From positions 544,001-608,000 of the forward strand of contig CAWDDT010000004.1 in the NCBI GenBank assembly GCA_963801165.1: a DNA stretch of 64,000 nt. Reading direction: 5' to 3'. The position numbers were made by a program, and so were the translations under genes. Origin of the DNA: an uncultured bacterium (GTDB lineage: Bacteria; Actinomycetota; Acidimicrobiia; Spongiisociales; UBA5794). Below, in pieces: positions 38,164-47,955 of this stretch. The notes beneath the pieces are model-generated. The model was not told the origin of the DNA. It worked only from the letters and a program-made list of their open reading frames with translations, and did no database searches. Position 1 is the stretch's first letter, and every line of letters starts with the position of its first letter.

Positions 38164-40135
38164 AAGCAACGGCACGCCCCGTATCGGGGTGTATGTGTGT
38201 CACTGCGGCACCAACATCGCGGCGACAATCGACGTGTTTGCCGCCCAGGTGGCGGCCGAGAGCATGCCCGGCGTGACGATCTCCCGCGAATACAAGTACA
38301 TGTGCTCGGACCCGGGCCAGGAGATCATCAAGGAGGACATCAGGGAACTTGGTCTTGACCGCGTCGTTGTTGCCTCTTGCTCTCCGTGTCTGCACGAGGA
38401 GACCTTCCGCAACGCCATCGCCGACGGTGGGATCAACCCCTACTACTTCCAGATGGTCAATATCCGGGAGCATGCATCGTGGGTCCACAAGGACAAGGCG
38501 GCCGCAACCGAGAAGGCCGTCGACCTGATCCGGGCGGCCGTGCGTCGGGTCCGGCTCCATGAGCCTCTGGAGGCGAGGCGTGTGCCGATCGAGCCCAAGG
38601 TGATGGTGGTGGGCGCTGGCATCGCAGGTATCCACGCGGCGCTGACGATGGCCAATGCCGGCAAGCACGTCTACCTGGTGGAACGCGAGCCGAGCATCGG
38701 CGGTCACATGGCGATGTTCGACAAGACGTTCCCGACCCTCGACTGTGCCGCCTGCATCCTGACCCCGAAGATGACCCAGGTGCGGGCACATCCGAACATC
38801 GAGATCATGACGATGTCTGAGGTAACCGAGGTCGACGGCTTTGTCGGCAACTACACGGTCACCGTCAAGCACAACCCCCGATACATCATCGAGGAAGCGT
38901 GCGTCGGCTGCCAGGAATGCATTGACGCCTGCGTGTTCCGCAACGGGAAGACGCCCGACGAGTTCAACCTCGGACTGTCAAAGCGCAAGCCGATTTACAT
39001 GCCCTTTCCTCAGGCGGTGCCGCAGGTCGTTCTCATCGACCCGGACGGCTGTATCGAGTTTCGGACCGGAAAGTGCAAGAAGACCTGCGTCGAGGTATGT
39101 GCCGACCGCAACGCCATCGACTTCCAGCAGGAGGTGACTTTCGAGGACCTGAACGTCGGGGCGATAATCATCGCCACAGGTTTCAAGACCTTTGACGCCA
39201 CCCGGGTGCCCCGCTACGGATACGGGAAGTTCGACGGGGTGTACACCGCGCTCGAGATCGAGCGCCTGGTCAATGCGTCGGGTCCGACCGAAGGCGACAT
39301 CGTCATGCGCGACGGGCGCAAGCCAAAGTCGATCGGTGTCATTCACTGTGTCGGGAGCCGCGACAAGAACACCAATGAGTACTGCTCGCGGGTGTGCTGC
39401 ATGTACTCGCTCAAGTTGTCGCATCTCCTCAGGGAGAAGACCGACGCCGAGATCTACGAGTTCTACATCGACATGCGGACGCCGGGTAAGGGTTTCGAGG
39501 AGTTCTACAACCGGGTCGAAAAGGAAGGTGTGCACTTCATCCGCGGCAAGGTCGCCGACGTCTACCCCGAGGCCGGGAACACCGGGAAGCTGGTGCTCCA
39601 GGCCGAGGACACGCTGGCCGGCATGGTCCGCAAGATCCCGGTCGACATGGTGGTCCTGGCCACGGGCCTGGAGCCCAAGGATGACGCCGAGGACGTGCGC
39701 CGCACCTTCAACATCACCTGCTCGGGCGGTGGCTTCTTCATGGAGCGTCACCCCAAGCTGGCGCCGGTGAGCACGTTCACCGACGGGGTGTTCCTCGCAG
39801 GCGCATGCCAGGGACCAAAGGACATCCCCGACACCGTCGCCCAGGCCGGAGCCGCGGCAGCCGAGGTGCTGGCTCTCGTCGACGCCGGGTTCATCGAGCT
39901 CGAGCCGAACACGGCGTTCGTCGTCGAGGAGGAATGCTCCGGCTGCAAGACCTGCGTCGGTCTGTGCCCGTTCCATGCCATCGCCTACGACAACGGCAAG
40001 GCGCACATAAACGAAGTGCTGTGCAAGGGATGCGGAACCTGCGTGGCGGCATGCCCGTCGGGTGTCATCCGGCAGAACCTGTTCGAGGACGGTGAGATCT
40101 TCGAGGAGATCGTGGGAGTACTGACCAATGCTTGA
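38156..40135 (+). CDS. hdrA: Heterodisulfide reductase subunit A (bifurcating flavoprotein)
   Basis: IGVYVCHCGTNI, YMCSDPGQ, NIREHASW, GAGIAG, DKTFPTLDCAACIL, CVGSRD, YCSRVCCMY, GACQGPKDI, two ferredoxin domains. Confidence 0.95.
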   Translation: MSESNGTPRIGVYVCHCGTNIAATIDVFAAQVAAESMPGVTISREYKYMCSDPGQEIIKEDIRELGLDRVVVASCSPCLHEETFRNAIADGGINPYYFQMVNIREHASWVHKDKAAATEKAVDLIRAAVRRVRLHEPLEARRVPIEPKVMVVGAGIAGIHAALTMANAGKHVYLVEREPSIGGHMAMFDKTFPTLDCAACILTPKMTQVRAHPNIEIMTMSEVTEVDGFVGNYTVTVKHNPRYIIEEACVGCQECIDACVFRNGKTPDEFNLGLSKRKPIYMPFPQAVPQVVLIDPDGCIEFRTGKCKKTCVEVCADRNAIDFQQEVTFEDLNVGAIIIATGFKTFDATRVPRYGYGKFDGVYTALEIERLVNASGPTEGDIVMRDGRKPKSIGVIHCVGSRDKNTNEYCSRVCCMYSLKLSHLLREKTDAEIYEFYIDMRTPGKGFEEFYNRVEKEGVHFIRGKVADVYPEAGNTGKLVLQAEDTLAGMVRKIPVDMVVLATGLEPKDDAEDVRRTFNITCSGGGFFMERHPKLAPVSTFTDGVFLAGACQGPKDIPDTVAQAGAAAAEVLALVDAGFIELEPNTAFVVEEECSGCKTCVGLCPFHAIAYDNGKAHINEVLCKGCGTCVAACPSGVIRQNLFEDGEIFEEIVGVLTNA

Positions 40136-40640
40136 GGTAACGGACGCCCGGGAGGTTGCCGTGGACCAGGCTTTCGAGCCGACCATTGTCGCCTTCTTCT
40201 GCAACTGGTGTACCTATCTGGCCGCCGATCTGGCGGGAACGTCACGAATGAAATACGCACCGAATGCCAGGGTGATTCGGGTGATGTGCTCGGGTCGCGT
40301 CGATCCGCAGTTCGTCTTCGACGCCTTCGCCCGTGGCGCAGATGGCGTGCTCATCGGAGGCTGCCATCCTGGTGATTGCCACTACCAGGAGGGCAACTAC
40401 AAGGCGCTCCGCCGATACCAGTTGACCAAGCGGCTGCTCACCGATCTCGGTGTCGAGCCGGAGCGGTTCCGGCTCGAGTGGATCTCAGCTGCAGAAGCGG
40501 ATCGTCTGCGGGACGTCATGAACGAGATGACGGCGCAGATCAAGGCCCTCGGCCGCGCCGACTTCAGTGTGCCGGACGAGCCCTTTGATATCCCGGAGCT
40601 CGAGCCCGAACCCGAGATCGAGGAGGCCGTTGTCTCATGA
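40128..40640 (+). CDS. mvhD: MvhD [2Fe-2S] hydrogenase delta subunit
   Basis: FFCNWCTYLAADLAG, RVMCSGRVD, GGCHPGDCHY, WISAAE. Confidence 0.95.
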   Translation: MLEVTDAREVAVDQAFEPTIVAFFCNWCTYLAADLAGTSRMKYAPNARVIRVMCSGRVDPQFVFDAFARGADGVLIGGCHPGDCHYQEGNYKALRRYQLTKRLLTDLGVEPERFRLEWISAAEADRLRDVMNEMTAQIKALGRADFSVPDEPFDIPELEPEPEIEEAVVS

Positions 40641-41656
40641 GTGATAAGCCAAAGGTCGCCTTCTACTGGTGCGCCTCATGCGGCGGGTGCGAGGAAGCCG
40701 TCGTCGACCTGGCCGAGAAGCTGCTCGACGTCGCGGACGCGGTTGACATCGTCTTCTGGCCGGTCGCGCTCGACACCAAGAAGGCCGATGTCGAAGCGAT
40801 GGGCGACGGCGAGATCCTGGCAACCTTCGTCAACGGGGCGGTCCGCACGACCGAGCAGGAAGAGATGGTTCGCCTGCTCCGGCGCAAGTCGCAGCTGTTG
40901 CTTGCCTTCGGATCGTGCGCCCACATGGGTGGCATACCCGGTCTCGCCAATCAATGGGATCGGGAGACGATCCTCGATACCGTCTACCGCCAGTCACCGT
41001 CGACGGTCAACCCCGAAGGCGTCGTTCCCCAGCAGGTCACCAGGGAGAACGGCTACGAGGTTTACCTGCCCGGGTTCTACGACACGGTGCGGACGGTCGG
41101 TCAGGTTACCGACCTCGACTACGTGGTGCCGGGGTGTCCCCCTACTCCCGGGATCATCGCCGGTGCGGTAGCGACACTGCTGAGCGGAGAGGTACCCCCC
41201 AAGGGGTCGGTACTCGCCCCGGATGTGGCACTGTGTGACGAATGCGACCGCAAAGTCACCAAGCCGGAGACGGTGTCGCTCACCGAATGGAAGCGCCCCC
41301 ACCTCGTCGACGTCGACGAGGATCTCTGCCTACTGGCACAAGGCCTGGTCTGTCTCGGCCCGGCGACCCGGGCGGGCTGCGGAGCCCAATGCGTCGGCGC
41401 CAACATGCCGTGCACGGGGTGCTTCGGGCCCACTAGCCGGGTCCGCGACGGAGGCGGCAAGGCGCTGGCGGCAATCGCCTCCCTGGTGGGCAGCGACGAC
41501 CCGGACGAGATCGAGCGCATTCTCGATGGGATCCCCGATCCGGTCGGCACGTTCTATCGCTATAGCCTCCCGGCGTCGCTGCTGCGGCGAGCCCCCATGG
41601 CACAGCCGGTGAAGATCACAACACAAGGAAGTGACGCAAGGAAAGTGACGCGGTAA
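40637..41656 (+). CDS. mvhG: [NiFe]-hydrogenase group 3c small subunit
   Basis: CASCGGCE, GSCA, PGCPP, CDEC, CLLAQGLVCLGPATRAGCGAQC...MPCTGCFG. No Tat signal. Confidence 0.92.
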   Translation: MSDKPKVAFYWCASCGGCEEAVVDLAEKLLDVADAVDIVFWPVALDTKKADVEAMGDGEILATFVNGAVRTTEQEEMVRLLRRKSQLLLAFGSCAHMGGIPGLANQWDRETILDTVYRQSPSTVNPEGVVPQQVTRENGYEVYLPGFYDTVRTVGQVTDLDYVVPGCPPTPGIIAGAVATLLSGEVPPKGSVLAPDVALCDECDRKVTKPETVSLTEWKRPHLVDVDEDLCLLAQGLVCLGPATRAGCGAQCVGANMPCTGCFGPTSRVRDGGGKALAAIASLVGSDDPDEIERILDGIPDPVGTFYRYSLPASLLRRAPMAQPVKITTQGSDARKVTR

Positions 41657-43212
41657 TGGAGCACGAGAATGCAACGCAGGACCCGCTCCGCACTGGTGCG
41701 GAACGGGCGAACGCCAGCTACATGCAACAGCGGCGGGTCGTGATTGACCCCATCACCCGTCTCGAAGGTCACGGCAAGATCGACATCTTCCTCAACGACT
41801 CGGGTGGGGTGGACCGCGCCTTCTTCCAGGTGCCCGAGCTGCGCGGATTCGAGCAGTTCGTCGTCGGCCGTCCGGTGGAGGACATGCCACAGATCACCTC
41901 GCGGATCTGCGGTGTCTGCCCGACCGCCCACCACATGGTTGCCGCCAAGGCGCTCGATGCGTTGTACGGTGTCGAGCCGACCCTGACCGGCCGTCTCATC
42001 CGTGAGCTCGTCTATGCCGCGTTCATGGCCGAAGACCACGCCCTGCACTTCTACTTCCTCGGTGGACCCGATTTCGTGATGGGTCCCGACGCACCGGCAG
42101 CGACTCGCAACGTCCTCGGTGTGATCTCCAAGGTTGGCAAAGAAGTAGGGCTCAAGGTCATCGAGATGAGACGGCGTCTCCGCGAGATCACCGCTCTCGC
42201 CGGCGGGAAGGTGATCCATCCCGTCCTCGGTCTTCCCGGTGGCGTGTCGCGGCGGATCAAGCTCGACGAGGTCGACCAGATCAAGCAGGTGGCCGACGAC
42301 GCCGTCGAGTTCGCTGAGTTCTCCCTGCAGCTATTCCGCGACGTCGTCCTGGGGAGCTCAGCGTACGTCGACATGATCACATCCGATGTGTACAGCCATG
42401 AGACCTACTACATGGGTCTCGTCGACGAGAACAACAAGGTCAACTTCTACGACGGTGATGTTCGAGTTGTCGCTCCGACCGGGGGCGAGTGGGATCGCTT
42501 CGCCGGCAAGGACTATCTCGACCACGTGGCCGAGCACGTCGAGCCGTGGTCATATACGAAATTCACATATCTCAAGCAGCTCGGCTGGAAAGGATTCGTC
42601 GACGGTGCCGAGAGCGGCATCTACTCGGTGGCGCCTCTGGCACGGCTCAATGTGGCCGACGGCATGGCGACGCCGAGGGCGCAAGCGGCGTACGAGGAGT
42701 ACACCAAGACCCTCGGCATGCCGGTGCACCACACCCTGGCCAACCATTGGGCGAGGCTCGTCGAGCTGCTCTACGCAGCCGAGCGCCTCCAGGAGCTTGC
42801 CAACCATCCGGAGCTGACCGGTGACGACTACCGGCGGATACCGACCGCGACGCCATCCGAGGGCATCGGCGTGATCGAGGCCCCCCGGGGAACGCTGTTC
42901 CATCACTACCAGACCGACGAGCGGGGGATCGTCGAGAAGGCCAACCTGATCGTTGCCACTCAGAACAACTCGGCGCGTATTGCTATGAGTGTCGAGAAGG
43001 CAGCAAAGGGAGCCATCTCCGGTGGCCACGTCGACGAGGAGATCCTCAACAAGATCGAGATGGCGTTCCGTGCGTACGACCCTTGTCACGCCTGTGCCAC
43101 GCACACCTTGCCGGGCAGCATGCCGCTGATCCTGAACGTCCACGACACGGCCGGATCTCCGATGCTGGAGATTCGACGTGATGCGGACGGAGGGGTCTAC
43201 CGGAGTGCCTGA
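41656..43212 (+). CDS. mvhA: [NiFe]-hydrogenase group 3c large subunit
   Basis: PITRLEGH, ELRGFEQF, L1 RICGVCPTAH, EAPRGTLFHHY, L2 RAYDPCHACATH followed by a cleavable tail. Confidence 0.93.
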   Translation: MEHENATQDPLRTGAERANASYMQQRRVVIDPITRLEGHGKIDIFLNDSGGVDRAFFQVPELRGFEQFVVGRPVEDMPQITSRICGVCPTAHHMVAAKALDALYGVEPTLTGRLIRELVYAAFMAEDHALHFYFLGGPDFVMGPDAPAATRNVLGVISKVGKEVGLKVIEMRRRLREITALAGGKVIHPVLGLPGGVSRRIKLDEVDQIKQVADDAVEFAEFSLQLFRDVVLGSSAYVDMITSDVYSHETYYMGLVDENNKVNFYDGDVRVVAPTGGEWDRFAGKDYLDHVAEHVEPWSYTKFTYLKQLGWKGFVDGAESGIYSVAPLARLNVADGMATPRAQAAYEEYTKTLGMPVHHTLANHWARLVELLYAAERLQELANHPELTGDDYRRIPTATPSEGIGVIEAPRGTLFHHYQTDERGIVEKANLIVATQNNSARIAMSVEKAAKGAISGGHVDEEILNKIEMAFRAYDPCHACATHTLPGSMPLILNVHDTAGSPMLEIRRDADGGVYRSA

Positions 43213-43678
43213 GCGCACCGACCGGGTTCGGGTCCTGTGTCTCGGCAACGACCTCATTGCCGATGACGGGATCGGGATAACCGCGGCGGAGCTCATCCGC
43301 CGCCGCCTTCCCGGTGTTGCGGTCGTCGAGGAGGCCATGTCCGGTCTGTACCTGATCGAGGACGTGATCGGGGTCGACCGGTTGATCGTGGTCGATGCGG
43401 TCATCACCGGTGAGGCGCCGCCCGGTACGATCCACGTGCTCGGTGAGTGCGACGTTGCGGTCGTGCCCGGTGTCTCGCCCCACTACGTGGGGCTCTTCGA
43501 GACGCTCGAGCTCGTCAGGGCACTCGAGCTCGATGCGCCCGACGAGGTCACCCTGGTGTGCATCGAGATCAAGGACGCCGTCACAATCGGCGGCGCCATG
43601 ACCGACGACGTGCTGCGGGCATTGCCGGGGGTGGTCGACATCGTTGCCGACCTCGTCGCCGGTGCCGTCCCCGTGTAA
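43205..43678 (+). CDS. Hydrogenase maturation protease
   Basis: LCLGNDLIADDGIG, IVVDAV, SPHYVG. Confidence 0.9.
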   Translation: MPERTDRVRVLCLGNDLIADDGIGITAAELIRRRLPGVAVVEEAMSGLYLIEDVIGVDRLIVVDAVITGEAPPGTIHVLGECDVAVVPGVSPHYVGLFETLELVRALELDAPDEVTLVCIEIKDAVTIGGAMTDDVLRALPGVVDIVADLVAGAVPV

Positions 43679-43723
43679 CCGAAACGGACCGAGTCAGTAG
43701 GGAGACAGCTACCCTTTGCGCTC

Positions 43724-44878
43724 GTGATTACCGCGGATCGGGTTTCCATCGGGCTCGGTGTCGGCACCCAGCCTCCTCTTCGACGCATCGCCCTCATGGC
43801 GCGCGTCGCTCGTTTGGCGCGCTTTGACGCCGTCTGGACGGTCGACCATTTCCAGGGGTGGTTCCCGCAGGAGCTGTGGACGAAAGACATGTCATGGCTC
43901 GCCTCCAAGGAGTCCACCCCGCACGCCTACTTCGACTACCAGGCACTCATCGGGCACCTTGCCGGCCGGGTGGGCAGGATGCATATCGGCGTTGCGGTCA
44001 CTGAGCCCATGCGCCGCCACCCGGTGCTGCTGGCGCAAACCGCGATGACGTGGTCACATATGACCAAGAGCGCACCGATCCTCGGTATCGGTGCGGGGGA
44101 GCGGGAGAACACGGTCCCGTACGGGATCGGCTTCGACCGGCCGGTGGCGCACCTCGAAGAGGCGCTTCCCATCATCCGCCGCTGCTTCGAGTCGCGCGGA
44201 CCATTCGATTTCGACGGCGAGTTCTACGACCTCGACAAGGCCGTCATGGATCTCGCTCCCGTCCCCGGGCGGCGCCCCCGTATCTGGGTCGCAGCCCACG
44301 GGCCGAGGATGCTGCGTCTCACCGGACGTTACGGCGACGGGTGGTACCCGACGTTCCCGATGTCTCCGGAGAAGTACGCCGCGTCGCTGGCGAGTATCCG
44401 CAGCGCCGCCAGGGAGGCGGGCCGCGATGGTCGACTGATCGTTCCTGCGGCGCAGATGGTTGTAGTCGTCGGCAGGACGGAGCGTGAGGCCCGCAAGTAC
44501 CTGGGGGAGCGGATCATGCGGTTTCTCGCTCTGCTGGCGCCTGCGTCGTTGTGGGCCGAGCACGGTTTCGAGCACCCGCTTGGAGCCGACTTCCGGGGTC
44601 TGGTCGATTTCATCCCTGCGGAGCATCCTGTCGATCGGCTAGAAGAGGCACTCTCCCGGGTCCCCGTCGCTGCGGTTGCCGAGACGGTCATGTGGGGTAC
44701 GCCCCACAGGGTGCTCGACCGGCTCGAATCGTACGTCGACGCAGGGCTGCGCCACATTGTCCTCAACCCCGCTTCTGCGGCCGTGTCCCGGCGCAGCGCC
44801 GTCTACTCGTTTCGGGCCGTCGCCAGCATCCTGCACCGGCTGCGCCGGTCCGCCAACGCCAGGCTCGGATCGTCATGA
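43724..44878 (+). CDS. LLM-class flavin (possibly F420)-dependent oxidoreductase, Rv2951c-like
   Basis: WTVDHFQG, VTEPMRRHPVLLAQT, LGIGAGERENTVPYG, AAHGPRMLRLTGRYGDGW. Confidence 0.85.
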   Translation: MITADRVSIGLGVGTQPPLRRIALMARVARLARFDAVWTVDHFQGWFPQELWTKDMSWLASKESTPHAYFDYQALIGHLAGRVGRMHIGVAVTEPMRRHPVLLAQTAMTWSHMTKSAPILGIGAGERENTVPYGIGFDRPVAHLEEALPIIRRCFESRGPFDFDGEFYDLDKAVMDLAPVPGRRPRIWVAAHGPRMLRLTGRYGDGWYPTFPMSPEKYAASLASIRSAAREAGRDGRLIVPAAQMVVVVGRTEREARKYLGERIMRFLALLAPASLWAEHGFEHPLGADFRGLVDFIPAEHPVDRLEEALSRVPVAAVAETVMWGTPHRVLDRLESYVDAGLRHIVLNPASAAVSRRSAVYSFRAVASILHRLRRSANARLGSS

Positions 44879-46473
44879 TCATCGCCAGCGAGCTTTCCAT
44901 AGAGGCCGGAGCGCGTCCCCTGATCGAGGAGGCGTCTTTCTCGGTGCACCCGGGTGACAAGATCGGTTTGGTGGGAAAGAACGGGGCAGGGAAAACGACC
45001 CTGCTGCGAACCCTTGCCGGTGACATCGAACCCGCCTCCGGCACGATCCGCCGCAGCGGGGTCATCGGCTACCTGTCGCAGGAAGCTGCGCTTGCAGAGC
45101 TAGCCGACGGGCAGGTCACGGCGCTCGAGCGCGTGTTGACAGCTCGTGACATCGGAAACCTAGAGCGACATATGGAGAAGGTCCGTCTCCAGATGGAGGC
45201 CACCGCAGGTGCCGAGCGGGACCGGCTCATTGCGCGATTTGGCAGGCTCGATGATGAGTTCACCGCCCGGGGTGGTTACGTGGCGATTGCCGAGGCCAAG
45301 CGGTTCGCCGCCTCGGTTGGTATCAAGGGAGCCGATCTCGACCAGCAGGTCGCCACGATGTCCGGCGGCCAGCGACGCAGGGTCGAGCTTGCCAGGGTTC
45401 TCTTCGCCGACACCGACGTGCTCATCCTCGACGAGCCGACCAACCACCTCGATCTCGACGCCAAAGTGTGGCTGATGGACTTCCTGGCGTCCTACTCGGG
45501 CGGGTTGCTCGTGGTGAGCCACGACCTGCCACTTCTCGACAAGGCCATTACCTCGGTGCTGGCGGTCGACGGGGGGACGCTCGAGCCGTATCGCGGCAAC
45601 TACAGCTATTACATCGCCGAGCGGGACCGGCGCCGGGCACAGCGGCTGCAGGAGCGGAAGCATCAAGACGAGAAGATCGCTCGCCTCGAGGAAGGGATCC
45701 GGCGCTTCAAGGGCAGTACGGAGAAGATGGCGAAACGGGCTCGCTCGTGGGAGACCAGGGTGGAGAAGCTGAAGGACCAGCGGGTCGAGGTCGGCGCCAA
45801 AGATCGCAAGGTGGCAGTCCGCTTCCCACAGCCTGACCAGTCGGGACGGACCCCGCTCAAAGCGACCGGTCTGGCCAAGGCCTTCGGGCACAATGTGGTG
45901 TTCGTCGATGTCGATGTCGACATCGACCGGGGGGAGCGGATGATAATCATGGGTCTCAACGGTGCCGGGAAGACGACGTTGCTTCGTATTCTCGCCGGGG
46001 TCGAGACGGCCGATATGGGCGAGGTCGAGATCGGTCACAACGCGACGGTTGGCTACTACGCCCAGGAGCACGAGCAGATCCACACCGGGGTGACGGTTCT
46101 CGACCACATGCGAGAAGCGTCGATCTTGCCCGATCGGGAGCTGCGGACGATCCTCGGCCACTTCCTGCTCGCCGGCAAGGTAGATCAGGATGCCGGGACG
46201 CTCTCGGGTGGCGAGAAGACGAAGCTGGCGTTGGCCCAGTTGGTGGTACGCGGCGACAACGTCCTGCTTCTCGACGAGCCGACCAACAACCTCGACCCGC
46301 AAGCGAAGCAAGCTCTGCTCACGGCCCTGCGCCAGTACACCGGCACGCTACTTCTGGTCAGCCACGACACCGATTTCGTCGAGGCGCTGCAACCGGATCG
46401 TATGATCCTGATGCCCGACGGGGACGCTGAGTTCTTCGATGAGTCGATGCTCGATCTGGTGGCGCTGGCGTAA
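44875..46473 (+). CDS. ABC-F family ribosome-associated ATPase
   Basis: Two NBDs (GKNGAGKT/SGGQ/DEPTNHLD and GLNGAGKT/LSGGE/DEPTNNLD), no TM segments, GNYSYY linker. Confidence 0.93.
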   Translation: MIIASELSIEAGARPLIEEASFSVHPGDKIGLVGKNGAGKTTLLRTLAGDIEPASGTIRRSGVIGYLSQEAALAELADGQVTALERVLTARDIGNLERHMEKVRLQMEATAGAERDRLIARFGRLDDEFTARGGYVAIAEAKRFAASVGIKGADLDQQVATMSGGQRRRVELARVLFADTDVLILDEPTNHLDLDAKVWLMDFLASYSGGLLVVSHDLPLLDKAITSVLAVDGGTLEPYRGNYSYYIAERDRRRAQRLQERKHQDEKIARLEEGIRRFKGSTEKMAKRARSWETRVEKLKDQRVEVGAKDRKVAVRFPQPDQSGRTPLKATGLAKAFGHNVVFVDVDVDIDRGERMIIMGLNGAGKTTLLRILAGVETADMGEVEIGHNATVGYYAQEHEQIHTGVTVLDHMREASILPDRELRTILGHFLLAGKVDQDAGTLSGGEKTKLALAQLVVRGDNVLLLDEPTNNLDPQAKQALLTALRQYTGTLLLVSHDTDFVEALQPDRMILMPDGDAEFFDESMLDLVALA

Positions 46474-46508
46474 CCAATAGTCGGGCAGCGTACGCCGAGT
46501 TGCGCCGG

Positions 46509-47174
46509 CTAGCTCTCGTCCTGGGTCAGGCCACCTTCGCGGGTCTCGACCACTAGCCCTTCTTCGTCGTCCCAGGAGGCGATCAGCATCGACTCATGGG
46601 AGCCGTCGGAGAGGACGATTGTCACCTCGCCCTGCTTCGTATCCGCCCGATCGGCGGGGAGGAGGGCATAGCCGTGGCGGGGGATGAGCCACAGGACCTG
46701 GACCTTGCCGTCGGCGCCGGACACGCTGACCTTGCCACCGGTCAGATCTACGACCTCGGCCCGCGGCGCCGGCTGGTCGCCGGGAGTCGTGTCGGTCGGG
46801 GGTAGCAGGCTCTCGTCGATCGTCGCACCGGGATCGAGTGCGTCCTCAGAAGGCGGTTCTGTCGTCGTCGTAGAAACGGTGGTTCGGGAGACTCCGTCCT
46901 CGCCGCCATCGGGGCTCTGGTTTGATTCCGCCGCTGCATCCACTGTCGAATGTGAGCCAGACAAATCGTCGAGCTGCCGGAGGCAAGGCGCCCGCTCGGT
47001 CGAACCACACTCTTCAGTTAGAGCAGCGACTTCCGACGCCGAAAGGGGCGGGAGGGGTCGGTCCATGACCTTGCCTCCTGCTACTGCAACGGCGCCCGTT
47101 GAGACCAAACTGGCCACGACGGCAGCTGCAGCCCATCCGGCGACGAGAAGGAGTCTCTGCCGCATTGAACCCAT
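46509..47174 (-). CDS. Hypothetical secreted/membrane-anchored protein divergent from the two-component system
   Basis: N-terminal hydrophobic segment, low-complexity Thr/Pro linker, C-terminal beta-rich domain (GGKVSV...W..P..GY). Confidence 0.7.
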   Translation of the reverse strand: MGSMRQRLLLVAGWAAAAVVASLVSTGAVAVAGGKVMDRPLPPLSASEVAALTEECGSTERAPCLRQLDDLSGSHSTVDAAAESNQSPDGGEDGVSRTTVSTTTTEPPSEDALDPGATIDESLLPPTDTTPGDQPAPRAEVVDLTGGKVSVSGADGKVQVLWLIPRHGYALLPADRADTKQGEVTIVLSDGSHESMLIASWDDEEGLVVETREGGLTQDES

Positions 47175-47201
47175 TGTGAATAACTGCTCCTTTGGGACCT
47201 A

Positions 47202-47251
47202 CCAAGAATAGATTAAGGAGTTGCTAAGGCGGTCTTGAGATTTCTTTCAGG
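47202..47251. promoter_or_regulatory. Five hexamer direct repeats at 11-bp period (OmpR-type boxes)
   Basis: CCAAGA 47202, TTAAGG 47213, CTAAGG 47224, TTGAGA 47235, TTCAGG 47246 in the divergent intergenic region. Confidence 0.55.
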
Positions 47252-47271
47252 AGATCTACAGTTGGGCACAT

Positions 47272-47955
47272 ATGGCCTCTGTTGTGATAATCGAAGACGA
47301 GCAACGAATACGCGAGCTCGTGGCCCGTGTCCTTGCCGACCGCGGTCACGACGTCGAATCTACGGCTACCGCGATGGAGGGATTGCAGGCTGTTGTACGG
47401 ATCTCGCCGCAGCTCGTCATCCTCGACATGGGGCTGCCCGACCTCGACGGCGCCGAGCTGCTCAAGATGATTCGTGCGGTCAGCGACGTCCCGATCATCG
47501 TTGCCACCGCACGCAGCGAGGACCGCGCCGTCATCCGGACCCTGGATGCCGGCGCCGACGACTACCTGACCAAGCCGTTCTCGGTCGATCAGCTCGAGGC
47601 CCGGGTTCGTGCGGTCCTGAGGCGGTCGGGGAGCGAGGGGAGACAAGCGCCAATGACGGTGGGTGACCTGGCGATCGACGTCGCTGCCCGGGAGGCGAGG
47701 TTGGCCGGTGAACCCATCGATCTCAGCCCCAAGGAGTTCGACGTGCTGCGCTTTCTCGCCGAGCGACGCGGCGAGGTCGTTTCCAAGCGCGAGTTGCTCG
47801 CCGAGGTATGGCGGCAGCCCTATGGAGGCAGCGAAAAGACCGTCGATGTTCACATCTCCTGGCTGCGCAAGAAGCTCGGGGAGTCGGCCGCCGAGAGCAG
47901 ATATCTGCAGACTGTCTTCGGGGTCGGGGTGAAGTTGGTAGACCCCGCCGAATGA
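47272..47955 (+). CDS. OmpR-family response regulator
   Basis: IIEDE, ILDMGLPD, GADDYLTKPF, winged helix TVDVHISWLRKKLG. Confidence 0.95.
   Translation: MASVVIIEDEQRIRELVARVLADRGHDVESTATAMEGLQAVVRISPQLVILDMGLPDLDGAELLKMIRAVSDVPIIVATARSEDRAVIRTLDAGADDYLTKPFSVDQLEARVRAVLRRSGSEGRQAPMTVGDLAIDVAAREARLAGEPIDLSPKEFDVLRFLAERRGEVVSKRELLAEVWRQPYGGSEKTVDVHISWLRKKLGESAAESRYLQTVFGVGVKLVDPAE

Noticed and set aside
36662-40640. Sulfur-oxidising sHdr or Flx-Hdr system
   Set aside because: There is a single hdrC/hdrB pair and a full-length HdrA, with no lbpA, tusA, dsrE or flx genes; the partner is a NiFe hydrogenase.
36662-43212. Selenocysteine recoding in HdrA, MvhD or MvhA
   Set aside because: All positions that are Sec in Methanococcales homologues are Cys here, and there is no in-frame TGA.
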